Source of the DNA: a bacterium
GTDB taxonomy: Bacteria; J088; JAWLBW01
NCBI GenBank assembly: GCA_041690355.1
Contig: JAWLHK010000005.1
Coordinates: 186,001 to 250,000, forward strand
Direction: 5' to 3'
DNA length: 64,000 nucleotides
This document shows positions 39,676-49,457 of this stretch, piece by piece. The notes under the pieces were generated by a model, which saw only the letters and a program-made list of their open reading frames with translations, searched no databases and had not been told where the DNA came from. Position 1 is the stretch's first letter, and each line of letters opens with the position of its first letter. The position numbers and the translations under genes are program-made.

Positions 39676-40131
39676 TCAGCCGAGGGCGGCGAGAACTTCG
39701 TCGACATGGCCGGGCACCTTGACCTTCGACCAGATGCGCGCGATGCGCCCCTCTTCGTCGATCAGGTAGGTCGTGCGCTCGATGCCCATGACCTTCTTGC
39801 CGTACATGTTCTTCTCCTTCCACACGCCGAACTTCTCGAGAACGCTGCGGTCTTCGTCGGCCAGGAGGGGAAACGGGAGGTCATATTTCGCCTTGAACTT
39901 CGCCTTGCTCGCGGCCGAATCCTTCGAGAGGCCGAGCACGACGGCCCCTTTCTTCTGGATGCGGCTCCAGCTGTCGCGGAAGTCGCAGCTTTCCTGCGTG
40001 CAGCCGGGGGTGTTGTCCTTCGGGTAGACGTAGAGAACGACCTTTTTTCCGCGGAAGTCTTTGAGCGAGACCTTCTGCCCCGTATCGTCGGGGAGGGTGA
40101 AATCGGGGGCCTTCTGACCTTCGTTGAGCAT
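39676..40131 (-). CDS. bcp: Thioredoxin-dependent thiol peroxidase (BCP/PrxQ)
   Basis: YPKDNTPGCTQESCDFRD, GIERTTYLID, VKVPGH. Confidence 0.95.
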   Translation of the reverse strand: MLNEGQKAPDFTLPDDTGQKVSLKDFRGKKVVLYVYPKDNTPGCTQESCDFRDSWSRIQKKGAVVLGLSKDSAASKAKFKAKYDLPFPLLADEDRSVLEKFGVWKEKNMYGKKVMGIERTTYLIDEEGRIARIWSKVKVPGHVDEVLAALG

Positions 40132-40157
40132 GCGGCACCTTTGAGAAGAGAGCGGAG

Positions 40158-41201
40158 TCAGGCGTGAGCGTCGAGCCAGTCGGCCACGTACGGCCATACG
40201 AAGACGGGGGCGCGCCGGCCGAGCACGAGATCGACGTGCCCCCAGTGACCGCCGCCGTCGCGGATGTCGAAACAGCGGTAATTCTTGTGCGGGCTCTCGC
40301 TTCCCAGATACGCGGGGTAACAGTCGCGCGGCGTGCAGAGCCCGTCGCGGTCGGCGCTCAGCACGAGCAGCGGCGTGTGCAGGGCGCTGAAATCGCGGTC
40401 GTAGTCGCGCGTTCCGGCGAAGCGCCCCGACGCGGCCCAGTCGACCATCTGCCGCAGGACGGCGAAGCCGGTGCGATCCATGCCGGCGGTCATGCGTTCG
40501 CGCAGGATGTCGCGCTCCATCGTGCCCGGATACCAGATCGTAAGCGGAAATGCGGCGAAGCGGTCATGATCGACCAGCCCCTCGCCGACCATCATGAGGC
40601 GCCCGATCAGATCGACCGGCACGTAGGGGAGCATGCGCGCGAGCACCGGGTCGAGCACCGCCCCCGCCTGACGGTAGGCACGCGAGAGGTGGCGGAAAAT
40701 AGGCTGCCCGTCGCCGAAGGCGTAGACGCCGGCGAACGAGACGACGCCGGCAAGATGCGCTTCGACCAGCGGCGCCGCGGCATAGCTGACGGCGCCCCCC
40801 AGACTGTGGCCGAACAGAAACACCTTGCGGTGCTCGCTGATCGACGTCACGGCGCGCACGGCGGCGGCGGCGTCCTCGACGTAGTCGTCGAACGCGGCCG
40901 GATAAGCGGTGCCGGCACGGCGCGATCGGCCGTGGCCCCGCAGTTCGAGGTTGAAGACGTCATACCCGCGGGCGGCCAGATAGTTGGCGAGCGAGCGCCG
41001 GCTCAGGTGCCAGGTATACCGGTTCTGGCCGAAGCCGTGGATGAGCAGCACGGCGCCGCGGGTCTGCGCCGCTTCAAGGCGCTTGCGCACGAGTGCGATG
41101 CTCCCCCGGCCGACGGGAACTTCGAGAATTTCTTTCGTGAACCGGCCCCGTTCCGATCCGTTGATGGGCTGTTCGACCGCCGCGGCCGAGACCGTACGCA
41201 T
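40158..41201 (-). CDS. Alpha/beta hydrolase
   Basis: IHGFGQN, GHSLGG nucleophile elbow, ADRD, WGHVDL. Confidence 0.9.
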   Translation of the reverse strand: MRTVSAAAVEQPINGSERGRFTKEILEVPVGRGSIALVRKRLEAAQTRGAVLLIHGFGQNRYTWHLSRRSLANYLAARGYDVFNLELRGHGRSRRAGTAYPAAFDDYVEDAAAAVRAVTSISEHRKVFLFGHSLGGAVSYAAAPLVEAHLAGVVSFAGVYAFGDGQPIFRHLSRAYRQAGAVLDPVLARMLPYVPVDLIGRLMMVGEGLVDHDRFAAFPLTIWYPGTMERDILRERMTAGMDRTGFAVLRQMVDWAASGRFAGTRDYDRDFSALHTPLLVLSADRDGLCTPRDCYPAYLGSESPHKNYRCFDIRDGGGHWGHVDLVLGRRAPVFVWPYVADWLDAHA

Positions 41202-41219
41202 GGACGTCCCGTCGTCTGC

Positions 41220-41612
41220 TCAGGTCTTCGCGGCGACCTTCGCCTTGACCTTCTCGAGCAGCTCAATGAGTTCGCGCTGGCGGAACGGCTTCTTGATGTA
41301 GGCCGTCGCCCCCTTCTTCAGGGCTTCCATGACGCTGGCCTCTTCGCCCTCGGTCGAGATGATGACGACCGGAACTTCGCCGAACTTCTCTTTCTCACGG
41401 CGCACGATCTCGAGAAAGGTGATCCCGTCCATGAGCGGCATGTTGATGTCGAGCAGAATCAGCTCGATGCCGTCGTCTTCGTTCAGCTTCTTGAGCGCCT
41501 CGACCCCGTTCTTGGCAATGACCAGCTTGGTATCGGGGTAGCGCCGAAAGCTCATCTGGTGCAGATTGAGGATGATGTCCGAATCATCGACCGCCAGAAT
41601 CTTCTTGAACAT
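41220..41612 (-). CDS. Single-domain response regulator (CheY-like)
   Basis: LAVDD, LLDINMP, IST, YIKKPF. Confidence 0.93.
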   Translation of the reverse strand: MFKKILAVDDSDIILNLHQMSFRRYPDTKLVIAKNGVEALKKLNEDDGIELILLDINMPLMDGITFLEIVRREKEKFGEVPVVIISTEGEEASVMEALKKGATAYIKKPFRQRELIELLEKVKAKVAAKT

Positions 41613-41632
41613 GAGTGCGTGTCCGAAAATCG

Positions 41633-42211
41633 TTATTGCTGGTTCAGCGGGACGTTGAACTCGGCCGACAGACCCAGCTCTTCGCCCCGGATGATGACCG
41701 TTCCCGCATACTGTCCCACGACCCGCCCCTCGGCGATGCTGAGCACGTCGAGCGAGCCGGCGGCCGAAGTCGAGGTCGCGCCTGCCGTTCCCGTTACCGC
41801 TTCGGTATACTGCAGGCCCGCCATATCGAATCCGGCCTCGCTCAGACCCTTCACCGGATAGGTATCCACGGCCGTCGGAAAGGCAAACGTAAACGTATAA
41901 TTCATGCCCGACCCGTCGACAAGTGTCGCGGTCAGGTTCGTGAAGGCCACCCCCCCGCCGCCGGTCGAGACCGCGAGGGCGTTACCCCCCTCGAGCTGCA
42001 TCTCGCGCACGACGGCCCGGAACCCCGGGCTGAGGCTGCCGTCGTTGCCGCAGCCGGTGCAGCCCGTCGGCGACGTGGCATCGTTGCCCGACCCGACGAC
42101 GGCATTGCGCGGAAAAAGGGAGCCGACCGGCGCCTCGGGGACGACGTCGTCGGCGCGGCAGGCCGCCAGCAGAATGAGCAACAGAATCAGGGTATGGGGA
42201 AGCTTAGGCAC
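41633..42211 (-). CDS. Hypothetical lipoprotein
   Basis: Lipobox LLAAC; Gly/Thr-rich beta sequence; CTGC. Confidence 0.7.
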   Translation of the reverse strand: MPKLPHTLILLLILLAACRADDVVPEAPVGSLFPRNAVVGSGNDATSPTGCTGCGNDGSLSPGFRAVVREMQLEGGNALAVSTGGGGVAFTNLTATLVDGSGMNYTFTFAFPTAVDTYPVKGLSEAGFDMAGLQYTEAVTGTAGATSTSAAGSLDVLSIAEGRVVGQYAGTVIIRGEELGLSAEFNVPLNQQ

Positions 42212-42247
42212 AACGCTCTCCAGAATATCACAAAGCGGGGTAGCGGG

Positions 42248-42667
42248 CTACTCCGGGATCCCCCAGTGGGGCTCGCCCGCCTCCACCCGACCCTCGGGCC
42301 GCTCCTGAATCTCATAGTGCCCGACGACGGTGACCGCTTCGCCGTACATCTGCACGGTCGCGTAATCGTAGATTTCGCGCGCCCCGTGGTCGCGCCACTG
42401 GTTGTTGAAGAAGACGACGCGGAAGTCGTCGGTCCCCTCGCGCGGGAGCACATAAGCCTGGTTGCCGATCTGATCGCAGACCGCCGGCCAGGTCTTCTCG
42501 CAGTACTCGAAACTGACGAACTCCTCATGGGCCAGCCGCACGGCATTCAGGGCGTCGCGCGGCGCGAGCGGATCGCGCACGACGTTGCGGGGCGGGGGCG
42601 GTTCTTCGTCGCCGCATGCCGCGACGAAGCCCAGCAGCAGCGAAGCAAGGAGTGCCAGCGTTTTCAT
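42248..42667 (-). CDS. Hypothetical lipoprotein
   Basis: MKTLALL...VAAC-G lipobox. Confidence 0.7.
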   Translation of the reverse strand: MKTLALLASLLLGFVAACGDEEPPPPRNVVRDPLAPRDALNAVRLAHEEFVSFEYCEKTWPAVCDQIGNQAYVLPREGTDDFRVVFFNNQWRDHGAREIYDYATVQMYGEAVTVVGHYEIQERPEGRVEAGEPHWGIPE

Positions 42668-42753
42668 AGGCTTACATCTTAACACCCGGCCAGGACCGCG
42701 TCCACGTGACCGGCGCTCGCCCCCCGCCCCCCGCTTCTGCTATGCTGTGCAGC

Positions 42754-44433
42754 ATGCGTGCTCTCCGCCGATTTGCAGCGACCCTGACTCTGCTGTCCGC
42801 GGCCGCCTGCGGGCAACCCGAGACCCCGGCGCCGACGCCGTCGTACCAGCGGGTCGTCGACGGCCGTTCGGGAACGGCGCTCTACGCCCCTCAGCGGTTC
42901 GCCATCGTGACCACCGCCGAAACCTCGGCCTCGGGCTATCTGATCGAGGACGCAGAGCATGAGATGCTCGGCGTCGTCCTGCTGACCAATGCCGATCGCA
43001 TCGGTATCTCGGGCACGGCCGCCGACGACGCCACCCGGCCCGCCTTCGTGCGCCAGACGCTCGACGCCTTCGAAAAGCGCATCGTCGACAACATTAATCT
43101 CCTGCTCCCGCTTGCCCAGAAAGAAAAGAACGAGTGGAGCATCACAGCGCTCTTCGAAGGCGAGTCGGTGAGCCGTCACGGAGAAGCCGTCGCCTACGGA
43201 CATTACCGGCTCGATTTCGGCTCGGCGTGGAAGCCGCGCAGTTACGACCTGCTGCACTACATCGGCCGGCGCATCGGGGATCTGGACTGGAGCTCCTTTC
43301 CGGCCGATCGCGACCGCTACTTCTCGCCGGGCGAGCGCGCCATCCAGTTCGTCATCACCGTGCACTTCCACAAGCAGTCGTCGTACTTCACCGGCGAGGG
43401 TACGCCCAGCCGCAAGGCGACCGTGGGGATTGCCGTCGTGCCGCAGACCCGCTTCGCGTCGCAATGGCTCGACACGCTTGACGATCTGGTGACTCTGAAA
43501 ACCCTGGGCACCGTACGCGACGAGCTGATCTCCGCCACGGAGACGTTCACGGTCGAGCGCCTCGGGCCGCCGGTCGACATCGTCGTCTCCATCGATCAGA
43601 ACGCCTCGATGGGCGAAGAGAAGGAATCGGTCGCCGCGGCCGTCGAGACCCTGGTCGCGCGCCTCGTGGCCGAAGCCGACTACGACGTGCGCCTGGCCCT
43701 GGTCGGCATCGAAGACCCGGCGTTCGCCCTGCTCAACGACAACCGCCGGTATGTCGATCTGGAGAGCGCCGATGCCGTGGGCGCGGTGCGCTCGGGGCTC
43801 ACCTATCTTCTCCGCCACGCGGGCACCGACAAATACCAGAGCAACCGCCAGCTCGAGCGCGCCGTGCAGGCCGTCGGCGACCCGGCGAACGCCGATTTCC
43901 GGCGGCCGGGGGCGCCGCTGCTGCTGCTGACGATGACTGATCGCGACGAAGGGAGCTATTCCCTCGACCCGACCGTGCCGGTCGAGCGCCGCAGCGACTT
44001 CGCGAACGCCTTTGCCGGATGGCTGCGCGAGGCCGGATACACCGACTGGGTCGCCGTCTATCCGACGCGCGCCCCGTGCGCCTACCGCGACATCGTTCTC
44101 TCGAGCACGCCGGGCGACCGGGTCGCGGCCACCGGGCGGGCCTTCGGGGCCGACTATTTCGATCTCTGCGGCGCGCCGTTCGGCCGGGCCACCGAGCGGC
44201 TCATGGTGCGCAGCGCGCATCGCGGCGCCCGCTACCAGTTCCGCCGGACTCTGCCGATCCCCTTTCTCGTGCAGGTGCAGGCGGGCGGACGCACCCTCCC
44301 GGCCGATCTCGCGTCCGGGTTCCGCTACGATGTCATCGGCGACCGGCTGCTGCTCTCGCCGTCGCTGACCCTTCCCGAAGAGACGCGCATCGATGTGCAG
44401 TATCAGACGCTGCACAATCCCGCGCTCCGCTGA
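42754..44433 (+). CDS. Lipoprotein with vWA-like domain
   Basis: Lipobox AAAC-G; VDIVVSIDQNASMGEE, FRRPGAPLLLLTMTDRDE. Confidence 0.7.
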   Translation: MRALRRFAATLTLLSAAACGQPETPAPTPSYQRVVDGRSGTALYAPQRFAIVTTAETSASGYLIEDAEHEMLGVVLLTNADRIGISGTAADDATRPAFVRQTLDAFEKRIVDNINLLLPLAQKEKNEWSITALFEGESVSRHGEAVAYGHYRLDFGSAWKPRSYDLLHYIGRRIGDLDWSSFPADRDRYFSPGERAIQFVITVHFHKQSSYFTGEGTPSRKATVGIAVVPQTRFASQWLDTLDDLVTLKTLGTVRDELISATETFTVERLGPPVDIVVSIDQNASMGEEKESVAAAVETLVARLVAEADYDVRLALVGIEDPAFALLNDNRRYVDLESADAVGAVRSGLTYLLRHAGTDKYQSNRQLERAVQAVGDPANADFRRPGAPLLLLTMTDRDEGSYSLDPTVPVERRSDFANAFAGWLREAGYTDWVAVYPTRAPCAYRDIVLSSTPGDRVAATGRAFGADYFDLCGAPFGRATERLMVRSAHRGARYQFRRTLPIPFLVQVQAGGRTLPADLASGFRYDVIGDRLLLSPSLTLPEETRIDVQYQTLHNPALR

Positions 44434-44451
44434 ACACGCAAGGACTGACTC

Positions 44452-45357
44452 ATGGACGTTACCGGCATCGACACCCCGATTACGCGGATGCTCGGCATCC
44501 GCTATCCGATCATCGCCTCTCCCATGTTCCTCGTCAGCAACGTCGAGCTCGTGAGCGCGGTTGCCGAGGCGGGAGCAATCGCCGCCTACCCGAGCCTCAA
44601 CTACCGGCCCGAAGAGTCGTTCCGGGAGTCTGTGCGCGAGATTCGCCGCCGTACCGACAAGCCTTTCGGCGTCAACCTGGTCATCAAGCTCACGCCGCGC
44701 TTCGAAGAAGATCTGAAGATCTGCCTCGACGAGGGGGTTCCCTTTCTCATCACCTCGCTGGGCGACCCGACCGAGGTCATCCGGCTCGCGCACCAGAACG
44801 GAGCCAAGGTGTTCTGCGACGTCATCAATCTCAAGCACGCCCTCAAGGTGCGCGACGCGGGCGCCGACGCCATCATCGCCGTCGGGGCCGGGGCGGGGGG
44901 GCATGCCGGCACGTGGACGCCCTACGTGGCCGTTCCGTACCTCAAGGAGAAGACCGGACTTCCGGTGGTCGCGGCCGGCGGCATCGCGACCGGCGGCGCG
45001 GTGGCCGCCTCGCTCGCCCTCGGCGCCGACGCCGCCTACGTGGGCACCCGCTTCATCGCGAGCCGCGAAGCCAACGCCGACAACGATTACAAGAAGATGA
45101 TCGTCGAGTCGGGTCCCGAAGACATCGAATACACGCCCGAGGTTTCCGGCACGAACGGCAACTTTCTCAAGGCGAGCCTCACCCGGTTTCGCGCCGGCGA
45201 AGTGCAGGGGGCATGGAAGGATGTCTGGAGCGCCGGACAGAACGTCGGCCTCATCAACGACATCAAGCCGGCCGCCGACATCGTCGCCGACCTGATTCGC
45301 GAATACGAAGCGACGCGCGCGGCGCTCCCGCCCTTGCGCGCCGCCACCGTGTCCTGA
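44452..45357 (+). CDS. Nitronate monooxygenase/FabK-like FMN oxidoreductase
   Basis: YPIIASPM, PFGVNL, GAGGHAG, VVAAGGI, YVGTRFIAS, WSAGQ. Confidence 0.92.
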   Translation: MDVTGIDTPITRMLGIRYPIIASPMFLVSNVELVSAVAEAGAIAAYPSLNYRPEESFRESVREIRRRTDKPFGVNLVIKLTPRFEEDLKICLDEGVPFLITSLGDPTEVIRLAHQNGAKVFCDVINLKHALKVRDAGADAIIAVGAGAGGHAGTWTPYVAVPYLKEKTGLPVVAAGGIATGGAVAASLALGADAAYVGTRFIASREANADNDYKKMIVESGPEDIEYTPEVSGTNGNFLKASLTRFRAGEVQGAWKDVWSAGQNVGLINDIKPAADIVADLIREYEATRAALPPLRAATVS

Positions 45358-45368
45358 CGGGAACCTGC

Positions 45369-45716
45369 ATGAAAAGCCGACTGCTTCACAACCCGCGCTG
45401 CAGCAAGAGCCGCGAAGCCAAGAAGATCCTTGACGAACGCGGCGTCGCCTACGAAATGCGCGACTACCTGAACCAGCCCCTCAGCCGTCACGAGCTGAAA
45501 GAGCTCGCGGCAATCCTGGGGGTCAGGCCGATGGAGATGATCCGCACGAAGGAGGCCGCCTTCAAGGAGCACGGCCTCGATCGGCCCGGCGCGACCGACC
45601 AGCAGGTCCTCGACGCGATGGCCGAATCGCCGATTCTGCTCGAGCGGCCGATCTTTCTGCACGGTTCCCGGGGGGTCATCGGCCGGCCCCCCGAACGGGT
45701 GCTGGAGATCCTCTGA
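45369..45716 (+). CDS. ArsC-family (glutaredoxin-dependent) arsenate reductase-like protein
   Basis: HNPRCSKSR, PILLERPI, IGRPPE. Confidence 0.92.
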   Translation: MKSRLLHNPRCSKSREAKKILDERGVAYEMRDYLNQPLSRHELKELAAILGVRPMEMIRTKEAAFKEHGLDRPGATDQQVLDAMAESPILLERPIFLHGSRGVIGRPPERVLEIL

Positions 45717-45743
45717 GATGCAGGAGCCAGCCGGAACCCGACC

Positions 45744-46406
45744 GTGAGCATGCCGCCCCCCTTCGCTCCCGTCTCCGACGCCGAGCTGCGCGCACACGTA
45801 CAGCGTCTGCTCTCGACGCCGTGTACTTCGCTGGTTCCGGCTCCGGAGCGGCCCGCTTTTCCGGACCGCCCGTTCCTTCCGCACGTGACCGGGCTTATCC
45901 CGCGGGACAGCAACGACGCGCTTGTGCAGTCCCTCCCCGCGCCGCTGATCCTGGTCGACGGGAACCAGCTGATCCGTAACGCGGCCCTGACCGAGGCGTT
46001 CGAGGCCGAGCGGGAGCTGCAGCGCAGCGAGCGCGGCCCGCTCAAACGCCGGGGGCCGTGGAACGAGGAGGCGCTCGTGCAGATCGTCCGCGAGGCAGTC
46101 CTGCACGGCGCGGCCCGGATCTTCGTTCCCCTCGGCAAGGCGATCTACGAGGCGGTCGCGCGCAGCACCGCACCGGGTAACGGCCTGATCTACTTCGTTC
46201 CGATCACGACCTGGCACAATCCCCCCGCCTTCGCCGTGCGCCTCATCCTGTGCATGCGCCTCAGCGGGCTCGTGCACAAACAGATCGTCACGGTGGCCGG
46301 CCTGCCGCTGCGAAGCGTTCAGCATGCGTCGCGCCATTACCGCGCCGAGCTGACCGACCTGCGCCGGCGCGTGGCCCTGCCCGAACCGGGCGGCGAGGAC
46401 CGATGA
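45744..46406 (+). CDS. Hypothetical protein with PAS-like segment
   Basis: LVQSLPAPLILVDG...NAA; fills the gap and overlaps next gene by ATGA. Confidence 0.55.
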   Translation: MSMPPPFAPVSDAELRAHVQRLLSTPCTSLVPAPERPAFPDRPFLPHVTGLIPRDSNDALVQSLPAPLILVDGNQLIRNAALTEAFEAERELQRSERGPLKRRGPWNEEALVQIVREAVLHGAARIFVPLGKAIYEAVARSTAPGNGLIYFVPITTWHNPPAFAVRLILCMRLSGLVHKQIVTVAGLPLRSVQHASRHYRAELTDLRRRVALPEPGGEDR

Positions 46407-47452
46407 CGGCGCGCAAACGATCGCCGTCTGCCGCCCCCGATCCGGAGGAGCAGCCCGGAGAACCGGGTCTCGATCTCGAAGCGTTCGGCACGCAGGCGGC
46501 CGATCTGCTGCGACGCGCGGTAGACGCGCCGCAGGCGTTCTTCTACCATTTCGCGCTCGGCTCGCTGGCCGTACCGGCGCAGAGCCTGTACGGCTACCCC
46601 ATCGCGCCGGAGGCCTTCATCGAGCAGGTTGCTGCCTTCAAGCCTCCGCTCACCCCGGCTACCCTGGCCCGGCACGGCCCCGGCGTCTACCGCGCGAGCG
46701 ACATCATGCAGTGGCACCGCGAAGAGATGGCGCAGTGGAGCGAGAATTACCGGCTGATCGCTTCGGCGGGGGGCGCCTGGGGGCTCACGGCGTTGTTCAT
46801 GGACGGCGAGGTGCTGCTCGGCGTCGCCGGCGTGAGTCGCGGACTCGAGGCCGGCGACTATACGCAGGCGGATCTCCAGGCGCTGCGGGAGCAATTCCCG
46901 GCGCTCGAGGCAGGGTTCCACCAGGCCTGCCGCGTCACCCGCGAGCGGCTGCTCGGCCGGGACGCCGCGGCGGTCATGGAGAGCCACCCCAACGGCATCT
47001 TTCTCTTCGACCAGAACGCCGGGCTCCTCTACGCGAACCGCGCGGCGCGCCTGCTGATGCAGAATGAGCGTCCGGGCGAGTCGGATCTGCCCATGGATCG
47101 ACGCTCGACGGTCGTTGCGACGTTGCGCCGCAGCCTGGCCGGCGAGCTCCTCACGCACCCGGCGATCGCCGACGCACACCGCCGGGATCTTCAGGCGTGG
47201 GGCCCCGAGCGGCGCCCCTGCACGCTGTTCGTGGTCAATGCGAACCCGGGCGCGGCCGGCGCTCTGTCTCGACGGCAGCGCGAGATTCTCGAGGCCGTCG
47301 TGGCGCACGGCGACCTGCAGGCGGCCGCAGCCGCGCTGAACATCACGATGGCCACGTTGCGCACCCATCTGCGTAACCTCTACCGGCAGATGGGGGCCTC
47401 GGGTCTCGACGAGGCGCTCGCGCTGTACCATTCCGGCGGACACCGGAACTGA
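46403..47452 (+). CDS. LuxR-type HTH regulator with GAF/PAS-like sensor regions
   Basis: LSRRQREIL...AAAALNITMATLRTHLRNLYRQMG; HPNGIFLFD...YANRAA. Confidence 0.85.
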   Translation: MTARKRSPSAAPDPEEQPGEPGLDLEAFGTQAADLLRRAVDAPQAFFYHFALGSLAVPAQSLYGYPIAPEAFIEQVAAFKPPLTPATLARHGPGVYRASDIMQWHREEMAQWSENYRLIASAGGAWGLTALFMDGEVLLGVAGVSRGLEAGDYTQADLQALREQFPALEAGFHQACRVTRERLLGRDAAAVMESHPNGIFLFDQNAGLLYANRAARLLMQNERPGESDLPMDRRSTVVATLRRSLAGELLTHPAIADAHRRDLQAWGPERRPCTLFVVNANPGAAGALSRRQREILEAVVAHGDLQAAAAALNITMATLRTHLRNLYRQMGASGLDEALALYHSGGHRN

Positions 47453-47567
47453 CCCGCCCGCGACCACTCCTGCTGCGGCCTCGTCCTGCGGGCGGACGGA
47501 CTTCTCTCTTCGTCGCCACGCGTGCACGATGGGCATGGCCCTTTTCCTTCATGTGGAATTTCTTCGT

Positions 47568-47996
47568 ATGACCGTCGAAACGGCCGACTGGGAGACTTTC
47601 GTGCACGGCGCCGACATCGGCGTGCGCGGTTTCGGCGACCAGCCCGCCGCGGCCTTTGCGCACGCGGCCATGGCCCTCACGTCGGTCACGACCGACCCGG
47701 CCGGCGTACGCGGCACGGTCCACGTGGATTTCTGCTGCGAGGAACCGTCGCTGGAATTCCTGCTTCTCGAGTGGCTCAACCGGCTGGTCTACGAGACGGC
47801 GACGCAGGGCCTGCTCTTCGGCCGCTTCGATGTCGCCATCAACGACAACCGGTTGACCGCGCAGGCCTGGGGAGAGCCGATCGATACGCAGCGGCACGAG
47901 CCCGCCGTCGAAGTCAAAGGAGCGACCATGACCGAATTGAAAGTCGAGCAGAGACCCGACCGCCGCTGGGTCGCCCAATGCGTGGTCGACGTGTAG
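47568..47996 (+). CDS. Archease
   Basis: ETFVHGADIGVRG, LLEWLNRL, WGEP, EVKGAT, VVDV end. Confidence 0.93.
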   Translation: MTVETADWETFVHGADIGVRGFGDQPAAAFAHAAMALTSVTTDPAGVRGTVHVDFCCEEPSLEFLLLEWLNRLVYETATQGLLFGRFDVAINDNRLTAQAWGEPIDTQRHEPAVEVKGATMTELKVEQRPDRRWVAQCVVDV

Positions 47997-48009
47997 GGGA
48001 ATTCCGGCG

Positions 48010-49437
48010 ATGCAGGGGAACTGGGAACGAATCGGTAACGAAGCGTGGCGCCTGGCGCCGCGGGACGCGATGCGCGTGCCCGCCATCGTCTATGCGAGCG
48101 CGGCGCTTCTCGCCGGCATGGAAGACAAGGTCGAGGTGCAGTTGCGGAATGTCGCTTCGCTGCCGGGGATCGTCACGGCCGCCTACGGCATGCCCGATGC
48201 CCACTGGGGCTACGGATTTCCCATCGGCGGCGTGGCGGCCTTCGATCCGGACCAGGGGGGCATCATTTCGGCGGGCGGGGTCGGCTACGACATCTCCTGC
48301 GGCGTGCGCCTGATTCGCACCGGTCTTACCGCAGGGGACCTCGAGCGGAACAAGGAAGCGCTGGCCGACGTGCTCGCCCGCGAGATCCCGGCCGGCATGG
48401 GCAGCCGGGGGCGGGTCCACCTCTCGCCCGGAGAGCTCGACGCCATGCTCGCCGGCGGAGCCCGCTGGGCCGTCGAGAGCGGCTACGGCATGGCCGAAGA
48501 TCTGGAGCGCACCGAAGAGCGCGGCCGCATGGCGGCGGCCGATCCTGCCGCCGTCTCGCCCCAGGCCAAGCACCGCCAGCGCGATGAAATGGGCACGCTG
48601 GGGTCGGGTAATCATTACCTGGAGGTCCAGCGGGTCGAGAGGGTCTTCGACCGGAACGCCGCCGCCGCCATGGGTCTGGCCGAAGAGGAAGTCGTCGTCA
48701 GCATCCACTGCGGATCGCGCGGACTGGGCCACCAGATCGGCACGGAATTCCTCAAGGAGATGGCCCTGCGCGCCTCCGAATTCCGCATCGGCCTCCCCGA
48801 CCGCGAGCTCGCCTGCGCCCCCCTCCGCTCCGAGCTCGGCATGCGTTACCTGGGCGCGATGCGCGCGGGGATCAACTGCGCCCTCGCCAACCGGCAGATC
48901 CTCACGCACCTGCTGCGTGGCGCCTTCCGACAGGTCTTTCCGCAAGCAGGCCTGCAGGTCGTCTACGACGTCTCGCACAACACGTGCAAAGAGGAACGCC
49001 ACCGCGTCGACGGCCGCGAAACGACACTCTTCGTCCACCGGAAGGGGGCGACGCGCGCCTTCGGGCCCGGGCATCCCAAGCTTCCCGAGGAGTTCCGCGA
49101 GAGCGGCCAGCCGGTCATCATCGGCGGCACCATGGGCACGGCGTCCTGGGTTCTGGCCGGCACCGCGGCAAGCGAATCGCTCGCCTTCAGCTCGGCCTGC
49201 CACGGCGCAGGACGCAGCATGAGCCGGCATCAGGCCACGAAAGCATGGTCCGGCCGACAGCTCATCGACGAGCTGAAAGCGCAGGGGATCCTGATTCGGA
49301 GCCCCTCGTTGCGCGGCGTGGCCGAAGAGGCGCCGGGCGCCTACAAGGACGTCGACGAGGTCGCGCGCGTCACCGAGGCCTCGGGGCTGGCCCGCAGGGT
49401 CGCGCGCCTGGTTCCCCGGGTGTGCGTCAAAGGTTGA
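48010..49437 (+). CDS. rtcB: RtcB RNA 3'-phosphate/5'-OH ligase
   Basis: MPDAHWGYGFPIGG, GYDISCG, GTLGSGNHYLE, HCGSRG, HRKGAT, CHGAGR, EEAPGAYK. Confidence 0.97.
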   Translation: MQGNWERIGNEAWRLAPRDAMRVPAIVYASAALLAGMEDKVEVQLRNVASLPGIVTAAYGMPDAHWGYGFPIGGVAAFDPDQGGIISAGGVGYDISCGVRLIRTGLTAGDLERNKEALADVLAREIPAGMGSRGRVHLSPGELDAMLAGGARWAVESGYGMAEDLERTEERGRMAAADPAAVSPQAKHRQRDEMGTLGSGNHYLEVQRVERVFDRNAAAAMGLAEEEVVVSIHCGSRGLGHQIGTEFLKEMALRASEFRIGLPDRELACAPLRSELGMRYLGAMRAGINCALANRQILTHLLRGAFRQVFPQAGLQVVYDVSHNTCKEERHRVDGRETTLFVHRKGATRAFGPGHPKLPEEFRESGQPVIIGGTMGTASWVLAGTAASESLAFSSACHGAGRSMSRHQATKAWSGRQLIDELKAQGILIRSPSLRGVAEEAPGAYKDVDEVARVTEASGLARRVARLVPRVCVKG

Positions 49438-49457
49438 GGGCGGTTGAAGGGCGCGCC

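Noticed and set aside
42679-44904. Long antisense ORFs (this one, 6722-9163, 53913-56000, 50577-52262 and others)
   Set aside because: Shadow frames of well-supported genes in high-GC DNA; Arg/Gly/Ala-rich with no motifs
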